The notes under the pieces are model-generated. The model worked only from the letters and a program-made list of their open reading frames with translations, was not told the DNA's origin and did not search any database. The position numbers were made by a program, and so were the translations under genes. 64,000 bases of DNA from Pseudomonadota bacterium (GTDB taxonomy: Bacteria > Pseudomonadota > Gammaproteobacteria > Burkholderiales > Burkholderiaceae_C), in the NCBI GenBank assembly GCA_030535425.1, contig JAUNHQ010000006.1:4824-68823 (forward strand). Reading direction: 5' to 3'. This document shows positions 37,401-44,004 of this stretch, one piece after another (within the stretch, counting starts at the first letter, position 1; the number at the start of each line of letters is the position of its first letter).

Positions 37401-38358
37401 GCGCGGGGCTGTTGGTGGCGCGCTCTTTACCTTCAAAACGTATAGCGTGAGCTACCTGGAGCTGATGGATCGCATGTGGCGGCAGGGCGGGCCTGAAGGC
37501 AAGCGCGCTGTGGCCTGGGCAATGGTGACGCTGATGCTAATGGGCGGTGCGGGCGGCCTGCCTTTTATGGAGGATTTGGAGGACTTGATCGACGGTGTGG
37601 CGCAGGTGATGGGCTACAACTTCAGCAGCAAGCAGGCGCGCCAGCAGTTCATGGCGCATGTGCTGGGCAAGGAGTTGGCTGCTTTCATGGATCAGGGCAT
37701 TTCCGGGTTGCCTGGTGCGCCGGTGGATGTGTCTGGCCGCCTGGGGATGGGCAACCTGTTGCCTGGCACGGGTTTGTTCATGACCAAGCAGAACCGCAGC
37801 CGCGATTTGCTGGAGATGGTGGGGCCTGCCGGTGACTTGGTGGCGCGCGGGTTTACGGGCGCGGGCAAGGTTCTGACCGGCGATGTGGCAGGCGGTGTGA
37901 TGGAGATGGCTCCCACGGCGGTGCGCAATGCAGCCAAGGGCGCAGATATGGCGGCCACGGGCATGTACCGCGACAGCAAGGGCTACAAGGTGCTGGACAC
38001 CACGATGCTGGAGGCAGCGGCCAAGGCCATAGGCTTTCAGCCGCGCAGCGTGGCGCAGGTGCATGAGGCCAACTCGTTCATGCAGCGCAGCACGAGCTTT
38101 TACCGGCAGATGAGCGCCGAGATCAAGGCGCAGTGGGCCAAGGCGGTGTTTGAAAAAGATGCGCAGGCTCTGGCGCGGGCAAGGCAGCGCGTGGAGGACT
38201 GGAACCGCAACAACCCGGAGCAGCCTATCAGGATTGAAGTGCCAGACATTATGCGGCGCGTGCGTGAGATGGGCAAAGACCGCACACAGCGCATTGCCGA
38301 CAGCGCTCCAGTGGCGCTGCGCGAGCGCATGCGGGAGATGGCTGCCGAGATGGATTAA
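28498..38358 (+). CDS. Giant polyvalent virion protein (PBECR3-like, metallopeptidase-like, ART-like, MuF-C-like, LPD23-like, LPD3-like, PLxRFG domains); start may be 28507
   Basis: IRHIIGSHG; HEWVH, HELQH, HEALGH; AWHGTPH...GEGAQAFGWGIYF; GLQLP; TGWHKGTDGKWRFEI; YAPLTRFG. Confidence 0.88.
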   Translation: MPGMGQISDFLNDKTPSATPPDRQKKGAISQFLSDAAPPDRGIGGWARDAAAWGTKAAIAVPEAVVGLADIPTGGRVGKALEDAGVRFKDAREAANEWHSDATKQAQRKFQEAEGFGGKLRAAIENPSNIAGAIIESAPSMLAGGVAARGIQAATRLGQMGTKGAVAAGALGEGLMGAGSAAEQIRQESKDGLLTPEQTGYAAATGAATAGFGLLGGKIAQRLGVGDVDTMVAQGAKGMADDAANPLLTQQAAKSIPRQVIEGAISEGLLEELPQSVAEQILQNLALDKPWHEDVDSAAVMGMLSGGAMGAGASGVRAFTRGTPAQDAPADTPELQAPAEPQADPQIDLQTGLQADPQTDLQIAPDAQQGAPAPDLQADALASEVAEPAQAAAQDEGVVTQDDGAITQGSYEDDSGVTEEAANQPAPIKPSEAMGLRAEDGALSAAAVQAVDSGASAQLQQAAALSEAASQAKPAQKSERFQRAKQEQSTQSTLAGQVQAAQDTGINPETGEIAGAPHLAGMTGEQLSAMYRSAQAPEVRRQLAQELLHRRQVREQQAQQSEISTTQKGTSDGAQTHQTQQMAAQGEQARAAQASAFAAAQGFPAAGAAGDVQAAGLTAAPESAPEFTTLQKTDGGSVTVRTADLRGGVQSLATFTEDGKRRAPRVDRASLVLPEQQQVQAGDLPKPTGSFANRMRMLVRTALGRKDGNKAFIEIAPVSDDVAARVKTDAGLDVAGFKHSLDESAIRHIIGSHGNQAVERARGQEAITEDDFARLQEVVASPDKIERGHDTDDGKPTVVFQKSIGGTMYYVQEVRNRRGKLAAKTLWKTRGVPPAAAEAGLAHTSETPARSASTAQPSLTTDGGTGNRQADGAADAQPGLSRDGGQRDVPQRQNARHEQRSRTASGIPAGLPAQSDAESRYLEQRINRWLAADGNQKGRWRANRISAVSLPHALRHALARFTDATGTRVVLFRNLTPQVDDFNGVNFRDGIIYINETSQHPLTLTAAHEWVHNLRKTHPELYQQLEDEVRRQGRLDAWHARNIREEGMDRGRDHAIEELTASAVSDAMTDPQFLQRLAQRNQGLFQRVARAFLEFLDTLSQGWRDQGSNQYLQDVEAFRDKLAAVLDVYERQDGRAGGVSEAMFQRAWHGTPHRGIEDEGFQLNKIGSGEGAQAFGWGIYFASQREVAEGYRGKLSDVSYEISINGDDPYTYIESEGIWQDERGNQLENSDALVAEALRLDDVEGLRDAVQEALEDEDADAVLWQDKEHDLSDAQAALETLDNEPDLFELKEQRGQLYQVEVPEDSDLLDWDKPLSQQPPKVRDALRSLGVDTNEQALADYDDALLSALFDDGPAPGKMPRDPSGQDVYRSLGSPQQASERLLEVGIPGLRYLDGNSRGAGEGSHNYVIWDEALLTPEAAQIQPMYSRRPATKAAYEARIDALFAGQKAAGPESGVRVLDRSDVLAMLGFGDGPVQLAEGKVKASPDNHPHMTAAVWKKVPEWLENPAAVFDSDTVPGSLVLIAPELVAGAPVRMTVKPAKGGGSQVHILTNAYDAHGRAPFGRWLSDGLAYLVDQKTFPAVLEASGLQLPRTAFQNKPGTRRILTEKNLAGWRRSNSAAFMFGGQRAQTANQHALDSAKARIEAGEDAEAVRQDTGWHKGTDGKWRFEIDDSQAQWNKYGLRRKNLTFGDVYDRLRERGLFHSVGNLLKHDRLFAAYPQLRGMLVTPETGVGNASFVEETDAAKRAQGVLGEVRIRRDLPLDEALSSMLHELQHAVQNAEGFARGGSPLEFSDDMLPQDVVRAAEEKRQRGMDMIGGRKHWDGIELQREANQMLEQARIDAYRKLAGEIEARNTQARAGLSADERRATAPSSTQDIADSEAIVLWQDTVLPMPAALAQSRDTNGFAQSAAARARVAQVQERVNAITANWANAPEVVVVHDMQDAKVPKAARDADAAQKSQGGTGEPLGFFHDGKVYIIASQTPTTAAVQQVLFHEALGHYGLQGVFGERMHSILNRVALARREQVKAKARQYGLDFSTPSQRRMAAEEVLAEMAEQNPQMGLVREAIAAIRTWLREHIPGFDNLRVTNDEIIRSYLMPARRFVQQGAGRGDGRQVSFSRQPQGQSDEDKARILQGEPVATVRIEDVPDGGFADVVRWASDLFSRQGGQAVNPVIGTVLLNEQSARDAMGHGGANTAKKAAFAAVKDVIERGALVMQAAHGRQDSFYIAAPVSISGRENVVTVLVRRDMNTQRMYLHSVTLKENLLKPSVSAADAKASEPHSATTSGDGQSIAQSVQGRKADSAEVAAQLQRLLRMDVGDTPMFRRSQPVTESAGLRAMSASAIDQINAAFSHEGTVSWWHKTIGTMRNLAERSPAFKPVFETAQRFIDDVSMLANDAADMAPRLLPKLESWRDLGKRPVSAQDSKAVALPLFEGTLSWGRDVDGRAVLADELARKYASLSADEKAQMMLKAGKLKPEVLKMWRGLEVSAYEKAVDSRFEGTVLKPGVVFSDAELRDLFKATPEQISLYREARRAIDRSIDMTARADMLRAAGDDYAPMRDVVLEAPTLTEAATLLIESMEADAKSDAERRDVLADAMEAVRQRLDSAERLQREGYAPLTRFGRYTLDVVDKDGKRLFFGMYESRRESNIARIQLASTFPGATVTQGTLSEQAFKLFAGVTPESVELFGNMLGLGQGDEAQDKVFQQYIQLTKNNHSAMKRMLHRKGIAGYSEDVGRVLASFVYANARQAAAGLSAGRLDKAINAIPKSQGELKDVAMGLRAYIQEPQEEGQAIRGMLFAQYLGGSVASAFVNMTQPFAVTTPWLSQFGGMRQAAGQMARALKDMGTRGFKYEDDLAKAMKRAEDDGVVSPQEIHMLMAQARGSGSLRSGDGTRSGNARAALSNTWERTKVAWGQPFALAEQFNRRSTFIAAYRIAKAQKMFDPDAFARRAVLETQFLYSRANKPRWARGAVGGALFTFKTYSVSYLELMDRMWRQGGPEGKRAVAWAMVTLMLMGGAGGLPFMEDLEDLIDGVAQVMGYNFSSKQARQQFMAHVLGKELAAFMDQGISGLPGAPVDVSGRLGMGNLLPGTGLFMTKQNRSRDLLEMVGPAGDLVARGFTGAGKVLTGDVAGGVMEMAPTAVRNAAKGADMAATGMYRDSKGYKVLDTTMLEAAAKAIGFQPRSVAQVHEANSFMQRSTSFYRQMSAEIKAQWAKAVFEKDAQALARARQRVEDWNRNNPEQPIRIEVPDIMRRVREMGKDRTQRIADSAPVALRERMREMAAEMD
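30971..31062 (-). ncRNA. Candidate antisense structured sRNA 1 at the end of the PBECR3-like domain
   Basis: Perfect 11-bp terminal stem, C(UUCG)G hairpin, U4 tail; TTGCCA-17-TAAACT promoter 6 nt upstream. Confidence 0.65.
33232..33298 (-). ncRNA. Candidate antisense structured sRNA 2 at the end of the MuF-C-like domain
   Basis: ~18-bp terminal stem, inner GGGC-N7-GCCC hairpin, U6 tail; TAGAAT at 33312-33307. Confidence 0.6.
35289..35360 (-). ncRNA. Candidate antisense structured sRNA 3 at the end of the LPD3-like domain
   Basis: Perfect 10-bp terminal stem, U4 tail; TTGCGG-17-TATGCT promoter 7 nt upstream. Confidence 0.65.
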
Positions 38359-38372
38359 GCCCGTGCGTGCCG

Positions 38373-38409
38373 TATAGAGTTTGCCGGATGGGGCGTCCAT
38401 GGGAACACT
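38373..38409 (+). promoter_or_regulatory. Putative late promoter 4
   Basis: TATAGAGTT-N22-AACACT upstream of the fibre/lysis block. Confidence 0.75.
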
Positions 38410-38416
38410 GGCGGCC

Positions 38417-38788
38417 ATGTTCCCGCCCCCCATCAAACAGAACCTGCGCATCTACCAGGGCGCGACGTTCAAGCACGTCTGGACGTGGCTGTCAGGCGAT
38501 GCGCGCAACACCGCCGCGCCGGTTGACCTGACCGGCTGCAAGGCGCGCATGCAGGTGCGCGAGACCCACGACATGGCCGAAGTGCTGCTGGATGTGTCCA
38601 CCGATGACGGGCGCATCCGCCTGGGCGGCGCGGCGGGCACGATTGAGCTGTACCTGCACGACGAGGAAACCGAGGCGCTGCGCTTTGACCGTGGCGTGTA
38701 CGACCTTGAAATCGAGTTTGCCAACGGCGAAAAACGCCGCCTGTTCGCAGGCACGGTGACGCTCAGCCCGGAGGTGACGCGTGGCTAA
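38417..38788 (+). CDS. Tail-fibre adaptor-like protein
   Basis: IYQGATF...PVDLTGCKARMQVR...GVYDLEI...G.V.LSPEVTR. Confidence 0.7.
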   Translation: MFPPPIKQNLRIYQGATFKHVWTWLSGDARNTAAPVDLTGCKARMQVRETHDMAEVLLDVSTDDGRIRLGGAAGTIELYLHDEETEALRFDRGVYDLEIEFANGEKRRLFAGTVTLSPEVTRG

Positions 38789-39185
38789 CGCAACGACCGT
38801 GATCGAAACCAGCGTCACCGCCGTGGAGGTGATAGAGGCGTCTGGCCGCCAGGGGCCGCCCGGCCCCAAAGGCGACCCTGGCCCGCAGGGCGATCCTGGC
38901 CCCCGCGGCGAGACGGGCGCGGGCATCACGATGCAGGGCACGGCAGCGTCCGTGGCCGATCTGCCCAATACCGGCAACCCGGGCGATGCCTACGCCGTGG
39001 GCGGGCGCATCTACATGCGCACCACAGCGGGCGCGTGGGTGGACACCGGCCCGGTGGGCATCCCAGGCAAGGACGGGCAAATCCGATTTACCGGCCACGG
39101 CGATCCGCCCGTGGTCATCGCCGGTGCGTCCCCCGGCGATACCTACCTTGACCTGGACACAGGCAACGTCTTCAAACTGGTTTGA
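38781..39185 (+). CDS. Collagen-like fibre protein
   Basis: G-X-Y repeats; [14 protein letters not shown]. Confidence 0.75.
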   Translation: MANATTVIETSVTAVEVIEASGRQGPPGPKGDPGPQGDPGPRGETGAGITMQGTAASVADLPNTGNPGDAYAVGGRIYMRTTAGAWVDTGPVGIPGKDGQIRFTGHGDPPVVIAGASPGDTYLDLDTGNVFKLV

Positions 39186-39198
39186 AAGGAAGCGACAC

Positions 39199-39717
39199 AT
39201 GGCATGGCAACAAGTCTCCAACCTCCGTGGCCCCAAGGGTGACCGTGGCGAGCAAGGCCCCAAGGGCGACCCCGGCCAGGACGGCAAGGGCATCAGCATT
39301 GCGGGCAGCGTAGCCACTTACGGCGATCTGCCCGGCAACCTGGGCGCAGGCGATGCGGGCAAGGGCTATCTGGTGCAGGCCGATGGCCTGCTGTACGTCT
39401 GGGGCGGCACGGAGTTTCCCGCCAACGGCGCGGGTGTGGCGTTCAAGGGCGACAAGGGTGAACAAGGCCCCAAGGGTGACGCAGGCCCCAAAGGCGACCC
39501 CGGCCCGCAGGGTTTGCCCGGCCCCGCAGGCAACCCCGGCGCGGACGGCCAGCCCGGCGCAAAGGGTGATCCTGGCGAGCAAGGCCAAAAGGGCGACCCC
39601 GGCGCGCCCGGCACCAAGTGGCACCACGGCAGCGGCGCGCCCGGTGCGGTGCCCGGCGCGACGGCGGGCGACTTTTATCTGGACGTCACGGACGGCACGG
39701 TGTACGTTCTGAGTTGA
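39199..39717 (+). CDS. Collagen-like fibre protein
   Basis: Extended G-X-Y repeats; [13 protein letters not shown]. Confidence 0.8.
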   Translation: MAWQQVSNLRGPKGDRGEQGPKGDPGQDGKGISIAGSVATYGDLPGNLGAGDAGKGYLVQADGLLYVWGGTEFPANGAGVAFKGDKGEQGPKGDAGPKGDPGPQGLPGPAGNPGADGQPGAKGDPGEQGQKGDPGAPGTKWHHGSGAPGAVPGATAGDFYLDVTDGTVYVLS

Positions 39718-39720
39718 GCA

Positions 39721-40548
39721 ATGGCCTGGGACAAACTTTTCGGGCTTGGCGACTTCGGCGGCAAACCCGTCGATGTGGCCGATTGGCAGATTGCGGATTT
39801 GAAAAGCAGCTCGTCCGTCGCGAAGGGCAAGCTGTACCACGCCACGAGCGATGGCCGCCTGCTGCTGGGCTTGTCGAACAACTCCTTTGCGGAGTACCGA
39901 CCCGACGTGCACCCGACCAAAGAGACCTGGGAGGGCAAAGTCGCGGCCTGCTGGGGCGATGGCAACCCGATGACGGCCTACGCCGCGTTTCAGGGTCACA
40001 CGGCCTTGCGACCGGTGGACTTGAGCGCTGTCGACCTGGCGATTCCGTTTACCGTGCGCGTGCCCACGACGGTGAGCAAGTTGCAGTGGTTCGGCATGTC
40101 CACGCTGGCGAACGCTTACTACGTGAGGCTGGTTTCGGTCCGTCGCGACGATGATGGCTACGGCGCGCCGCCCCGGCTGGTGCCCGACAGTGAGCTGTTG
40201 TCGCAAACCACGATCTCCATGACCAACTTGCAGTGGGGGCAGCTTTCGCTTGGCGGGGCCAAAACCCTGCATCCGAGTGGCCGCTACGTGCTGGTTGTGG
40301 GCAGCGACAGCACATACAACTACGGCTGCATATCGTCCGTTGGCGTGCGCATGACGCCCAACCGTCCGCACACAGAGCCTTTTGCCCTGATGGGCAGCAA
40401 CATCCCCGGCGTGGGGCAGTGGAATGGCGATGTGCTCTGGGGCTTGCCCAGGGCGTTTGCGATCACCAAATGGGCGGACGAGCTGTCCCCCGCGACCCCC
40501 AACAGCCAATGGGGGAGCTACTCCGCCCCGTTCTTCATGCTGACGTAA
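39721..40548 (+). CDS. Possible receptor-binding/fibre tip protein
   Basis: Aromatic, beta-rich ORF after the collagen genes. Confidence 0.5.
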   Translation: MAWDKLFGLGDFGGKPVDVADWQIADLKSSSSVAKGKLYHATSDGRLLLGLSNNSFAEYRPDVHPTKETWEGKVAACWGDGNPMTAYAAFQGHTALRPVDLSAVDLAIPFTVRVPTTVSKLQWFGMSTLANAYYVRLVSVRRDDDGYGAPPRLVPDSELLSQTTISMTNLQWGQLSLGGAKTLHPSGRYVLVVGSDSTYNYGCISSVGVRMTPNRPHTEPFALMGSNIPGVGQWNGDVLWGLPRAFAITKWADELSPATPNSQWGSYSAPFFMLT

Positions 40549-40558
40549 AGGGTGGGCG

Positions 40559-40843
40559 ATGGGGGAAGAAAGCACAAAAGGCGTCAGCCGCGTCATCGAC
40601 TTCCGTGTGCCCCTGCCCTGGCTGGCCGGGGCGGCGGTGTCGCTGGCGGCGTTCATGTTCAACCTGCATGCGGACGTGCGCCAGCTGCTGCGCGACAGCA
40701 ACAAGACGCAGTCTGTCGTGGAGTCCACCGACTCCAAGCTCAGCACCATCACGGCGGAGATCGCTCTGCTCAAGCTGCGCATGGACACGGTGGAAAACGG
40801 CCTGAAAGTCCTGCAAGGCAGCCGTGCTGCCAAGGAGCCATGA
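40559..40843 (+). CDS. Holin-like membrane protein
   Basis: Single TM plus coiled coil directly before the endolysin. Confidence 0.55.
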   Translation: MGEESTKGVSRVIDFRVPLPWLAGAAVSLAAFMFNLHADVRQLLRDSNKTQSVVESTDSKLSTITAEIALLKLRMDTVENGLKVLQGSRAAKEP

Positions 40844-40844
40844 C

Positions 40845-41573
40845 ATGCGCACATCCGCGCGCGGCATCGCGCTGATCAAGGAGTTTGAAGGGTTCCGCGC
40901 CAAGGCGTACCAGGACGCCGTGGGCGTGTGGACGATTGGCTACGGCTTCACCAAAGGGGTGCGCCCGGGCGACACCATGAGCCGCGCCCAGGCCGAGGCG
41001 CGCCTGCGCGAGGAGCTGATCGCCTACGAGCACGGTGTGTTGCGTGCCGTGCACGGCCAGGCCACGCAGTCGCAGTTCGATGCGCTGGTGAGCTTCGCCT
41101 TCAACGTGGGCGTGGCGGGTATGAGCAAGTCCACGGTCATCAAGCGCCACAACGAGGGCAATTACCAGGCGGCCGCCAGAGCCTTTGGCCTGTGGAACAA
41201 GGCTGGCGGGCGCGTTCTCAATGGCCTGACGCGCCGCCGCGCCGCCGAGAGCGCGCTGTACCTGACGCCCGAGCCGGCGCAGGCCAAGACGCAGGTGGCG
41301 GTGGATGAAGAAGAACCCGTCTCCGACATGACGCATGAAGTGGAACCTGAGCGGCCTATGGCGGCCAGCCAGATCAACCGCGCTGGCGTGGTGGCCGGGG
41401 GCGCGGCGGCGGTGGCCACGGCCACGGAGGTGGCGCAGCAAGTGGGCACGGTCAAGAGCACGGCGGACATGCTGGGCAGCTGGCTGGTGCCGGTGCTGCT
41501 GCTGGCCGTGGCGGGCCTGTGCGCCTATATCGTGTGGGAGCGTGTGAAGCAGCGCAAGGAGGGCTGGGCATGA
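40845..41573 (+). CDS. Endolysin, GH24 lysozyme with hydrophobic C-terminal extension
   Basis: LIKEFEG...AYQDAVGVWTIGYG; QFDALVSFAFNVG; GLTRRRAAE. Confidence 0.93.
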   Translation: MRTSARGIALIKEFEGFRAKAYQDAVGVWTIGYGFTKGVRPGDTMSRAQAEARLREELIAYEHGVLRAVHGQATQSQFDALVSFAFNVGVAGMSKSTVIKRHNEGNYQAAARAFGLWNKAGGRVLNGLTRRRAAESALYLTPEPAQAKTQVAVDEEEPVSDMTHEVEPERPMAASQINRAGVVAGGAAAVATATEVAQQVGTVKSTADMLGSWLVPVLLLAVAGLCAYIVWERVKQRKEGWA

Positions 41574-42151
41574 GCTGGCTGCCGCTGGTGCTGGGGTTTG
41601 CCAGGCGGCACTGGCGCTGGCTAGCCGCTGCGGCGGCAACGGGGTTGCTGATGGTGCTGTATACCGCGCATCTGAAGCTGCACTACCAGAAAGGCTACGC
41701 CGCCGGGCAGCTGGCGTTGCGTGCGGAGATGGACGCCCGCATCATCGAAGCGCAGCAGCAGGTGCTGGCGCTGGAGCGGGCCACGACGCAGCGCGAGCAG
41801 GCGCTGCAAGCGTTGATTGACCAGCGAGAACAGGAGGCCCGCAATGCCCAGGCGGAGTACGAGAAACGTGTTGCTGACGCTGACGCTAACACTGAGCGGA
41901 TGCGCGGGCGGCTTGACCGCATCACCAGAGCCTACGCCCGTGACTGCCAGCAGGCAAATGCAGCTGCCGCCGCTGCCGGAGCGCGCCCGCCAGCCGGTTG
42001 CGCCATCGGACTGCTTGCCAAGCTGCTTGGAGAAACACAGCGAGAGGCTGCGCGATACGCAAAAGCAGCTGATGAAGCTCGACGGGCCGGAATGATGTGC
42101 GAGCGCGCCTACGACGGGGCGCGCAAGGCTTTGCAGGACGCCACGCCGTGA
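41570..42151 (+). CDS. Inner-membrane spanin (Rz-like)
   Basis: N-terminal TM, coiled coil, C-terminal G..CERAYD. Confidence 0.8.
   Translation: MSWLPLVLGFARRHWRWLAAAAATGLLMVLYTAHLKLHYQKGYAAGQLALRAEMDARIIEAQQQVLALERATTQREQALQALIDQREQEARNAQAEYEKRVADADANTERMRGRLDRITRAYARDCQQANAAAAAAGARPPAGCAIGLLAKLLGETQREAARYAKAADEARRAGMMCERAYDGARKALQDATP
41844..42095 (+). CDS. Embedded outer-membrane spanin lipoprotein (Rz1-like)
   Basis: +1-frame ORF inside Rz; GGAGG RBS; lipobox LSGC; Pro-rich. Confidence 0.75.
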   Translation: MPRRSTRNVLLTLTLTLSGCAGGLTASPEPTPVTASRQMQLPPLPERARQPVAPSDCLPSCLEKHSERLRDTQKQLMKLDGPE

Positions 42152-43371
42152 GTGCGCAGGCCATCCCGCTGCCGCGCCTGGGCATGGATTTGCTCAGCGA
42201 GGATGCGCAGCTGCCGCATGGCGCGGTGCGCCGCGCGGTGAATGTGGATATCGACCGCGACGGGCAGTTCAGCGCGCGCGGCGGTTTTCGCACACATCTG
42301 TCGGGAAGCGGATTTTGCGCCATTGGCGCGTGGGGGCAGCGGGTGTGGGTGCAGCGCGGCGGGCAGGTGTTCTGGCTGCTGCCGGACAGGAGGCTTGCGC
42401 CTTTGCTGGATGCCGGTGGCAGCCAGCCGGTGGCCGCGCATGTCCACAACGGGGATTTGTGGCTGGCTGCGGCGTCTGGCCTGTGGCGCGTGCGCGCTGG
42501 CCAGGATGATGCGCGCCAGGCTTCCGTGGTGGATGCGCGTCCGCGTGTGAGCGGCACGGACACGGGCGCGCTGACGCCGGGCGTGTATGGCGTGGCGCTG
42601 TCGCTGATTGAGGCCGATGGCACGGAGTCGCCCGCCGTGTGGTTGGGCGCGGTGCGCTCGGGCGGCGGGCTGGCGCTGGATGGCCTGCCGGTGCGCATGG
42701 GGATGCGGTGGCAGGTGTATCTGACGCCTGCCGATGGCGATGTGCTGTACGCCGCAGAGCGCGTGGACGCGCTGCTGCCGCGCCTGGCGGTGGGCGCGCC
42801 GCCTGCCGGGCAGGTGTGCGAGACGCTGGGGCTTGCGCCTTTGCCGGGCGGCCATGCCGTGTGCGCCAAAGGGGCGCGGCTGTATGTGGCGCGCGGGGAC
42901 ACGCTGTGGTTTTCAAGGCCGTTTCGCCCCTGGCTGCATCACCCGGCGCATGACTTCGTGCGCTTTGTGGGGCGCATCCGCGTGCTGCTGGCGACCGGCG
43001 GCGGGCTGTATGTGGGCGACGACAGTGGCGTGTGGTGGCTGGGCGGCGATGACCCGGACAGCGCGCGCATGGCGCTGGTCACGGATGCGCGGGCGGTGCA
43101 GGACTCGGGCCTGCTGCTGCGCCAGACGCCGGGCGGCGCGCCGCAGGCGTTGTGGCTGGGTGAGCAAGGCTACATGCTGGGCGATGCCGCCGGGCAGGTG
43201 CGCGCCATGCAGCCGGGGCGTATTGCCGTGGATGCGGCGCACACCGGGCGATCGGTGTACCTGCGGCGCAATGGCCGCGCGCAGGTGGTCACGCTCACGG
43301 CCATCTACGAACCCCGCGCGCTGGCCGTGCCGCTGGGGCAGGCTATGGATTTGCCGCAAGGCGTTCACTAA
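42148..43371 (+). CDS. Probable tail/nozzle-like structural protein
   Basis: GTGA coupling; beta-propeller-like composition; AVNVDID motif. Confidence 0.55.
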   Translation: MSAQAIPLPRLGMDLLSEDAQLPHGAVRRAVNVDIDRDGQFSARGGFRTHLSGSGFCAIGAWGQRVWVQRGGQVFWLLPDRRLAPLLDAGGSQPVAAHVHNGDLWLAAASGLWRVRAGQDDARQASVVDARPRVSGTDTGALTPGVYGVALSLIEADGTESPAVWLGAVRSGGGLALDGLPVRMGMRWQVYLTPADGDVLYAAERVDALLPRLAVGAPPAGQVCETLGLAPLPGGHAVCAKGARLYVARGDTLWFSRPFRPWLHHPAHDFVRFVGRIRVLLATGGGLYVGDDSGVWWLGGDDPDSARMALVTDARAVQDSGLLLRQTPGGAPQALWLGEQGYMLGDAAGQVRAMQPGRIAVDAAHTGRSVYLRRNGRAQVVTLTAIYEPRALAVPLGQAMDLPQGVH

Positions 43372-43388
43372 AGGAAAAGGAGATCGAG

Positions 43389-43988
43389 ATGATCGACAAG
43401 CACATTCGCCGCCATGCGCGCGAGTTCTGGCAGCGGTTTCGCTCGCACAAGTTCGAAAAGACCGAGTCGGGCCTGTACTTCCCGGCTGCGCGCGTTGCTG
43501 CGGGCGGGGTGTACAGCTTCAGCCCGGACGGCGGCAAGACCTGGCAGGACGCGCCCAACCTGATTACGGAGCAGGGCCGCGAGCACCTGCTTGGCGTGGC
43601 GCTGGCCGGGCAGTCGGCAGTGGCTGGCTGGTACATGGCGCTGTTTGGCAGCAACTACACGCCCACCAGCGCCCTGACGGCGGCCACTTTCCCGGTGACA
43701 GCCGGTGAGCTGACCAGCGGCACAGAGGGCTACAGCAACCCCACGCGCCGCCAGTGGACGCCCGGGCCGGTGGACAACGCCGAGGTGAGCAATCAGGCCG
43801 CACCGGCGGAGTTCGCCATGAAAACGGCCAGCCATGTGACGGTGTGGGGCGCGGCGCTGCTGAGCGAGCAGGCCAAGGGCAGCACGGCGGGTGTGCTGAT
43901 GTCGGCAGCCAATTTCGGCGTGGACATGAAGTTCATCGACGGCAGCACGTTCCCGGTGCGCTACCGCGTGTACCTGTCCGAAGTGTGA
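43389..43988 (+). CDS. Probable tail structural protein
   Basis: AGGAG RBS; NLITEQG...WYMALF...Y....R..W. Confidence 0.6.
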   Translation: MIDKHIRRHAREFWQRFRSHKFEKTESGLYFPAARVAAGGVYSFSPDGGKTWQDAPNLITEQGREHLLGVALAGQSAVAGWYMALFGSNYTPTSALTAATFPVTAGELTSGTEGYSNPTRRQWTPGPVDNAEVSNQAAPAEFAMKTASHVTVWGAALLSEQAKGSTAGVLMSAANFGVDMKFIDGSTFPVRYRVYLSEV

Positions 43989-44004
43989 CGTTTGCCTGCA
44001 AGCC

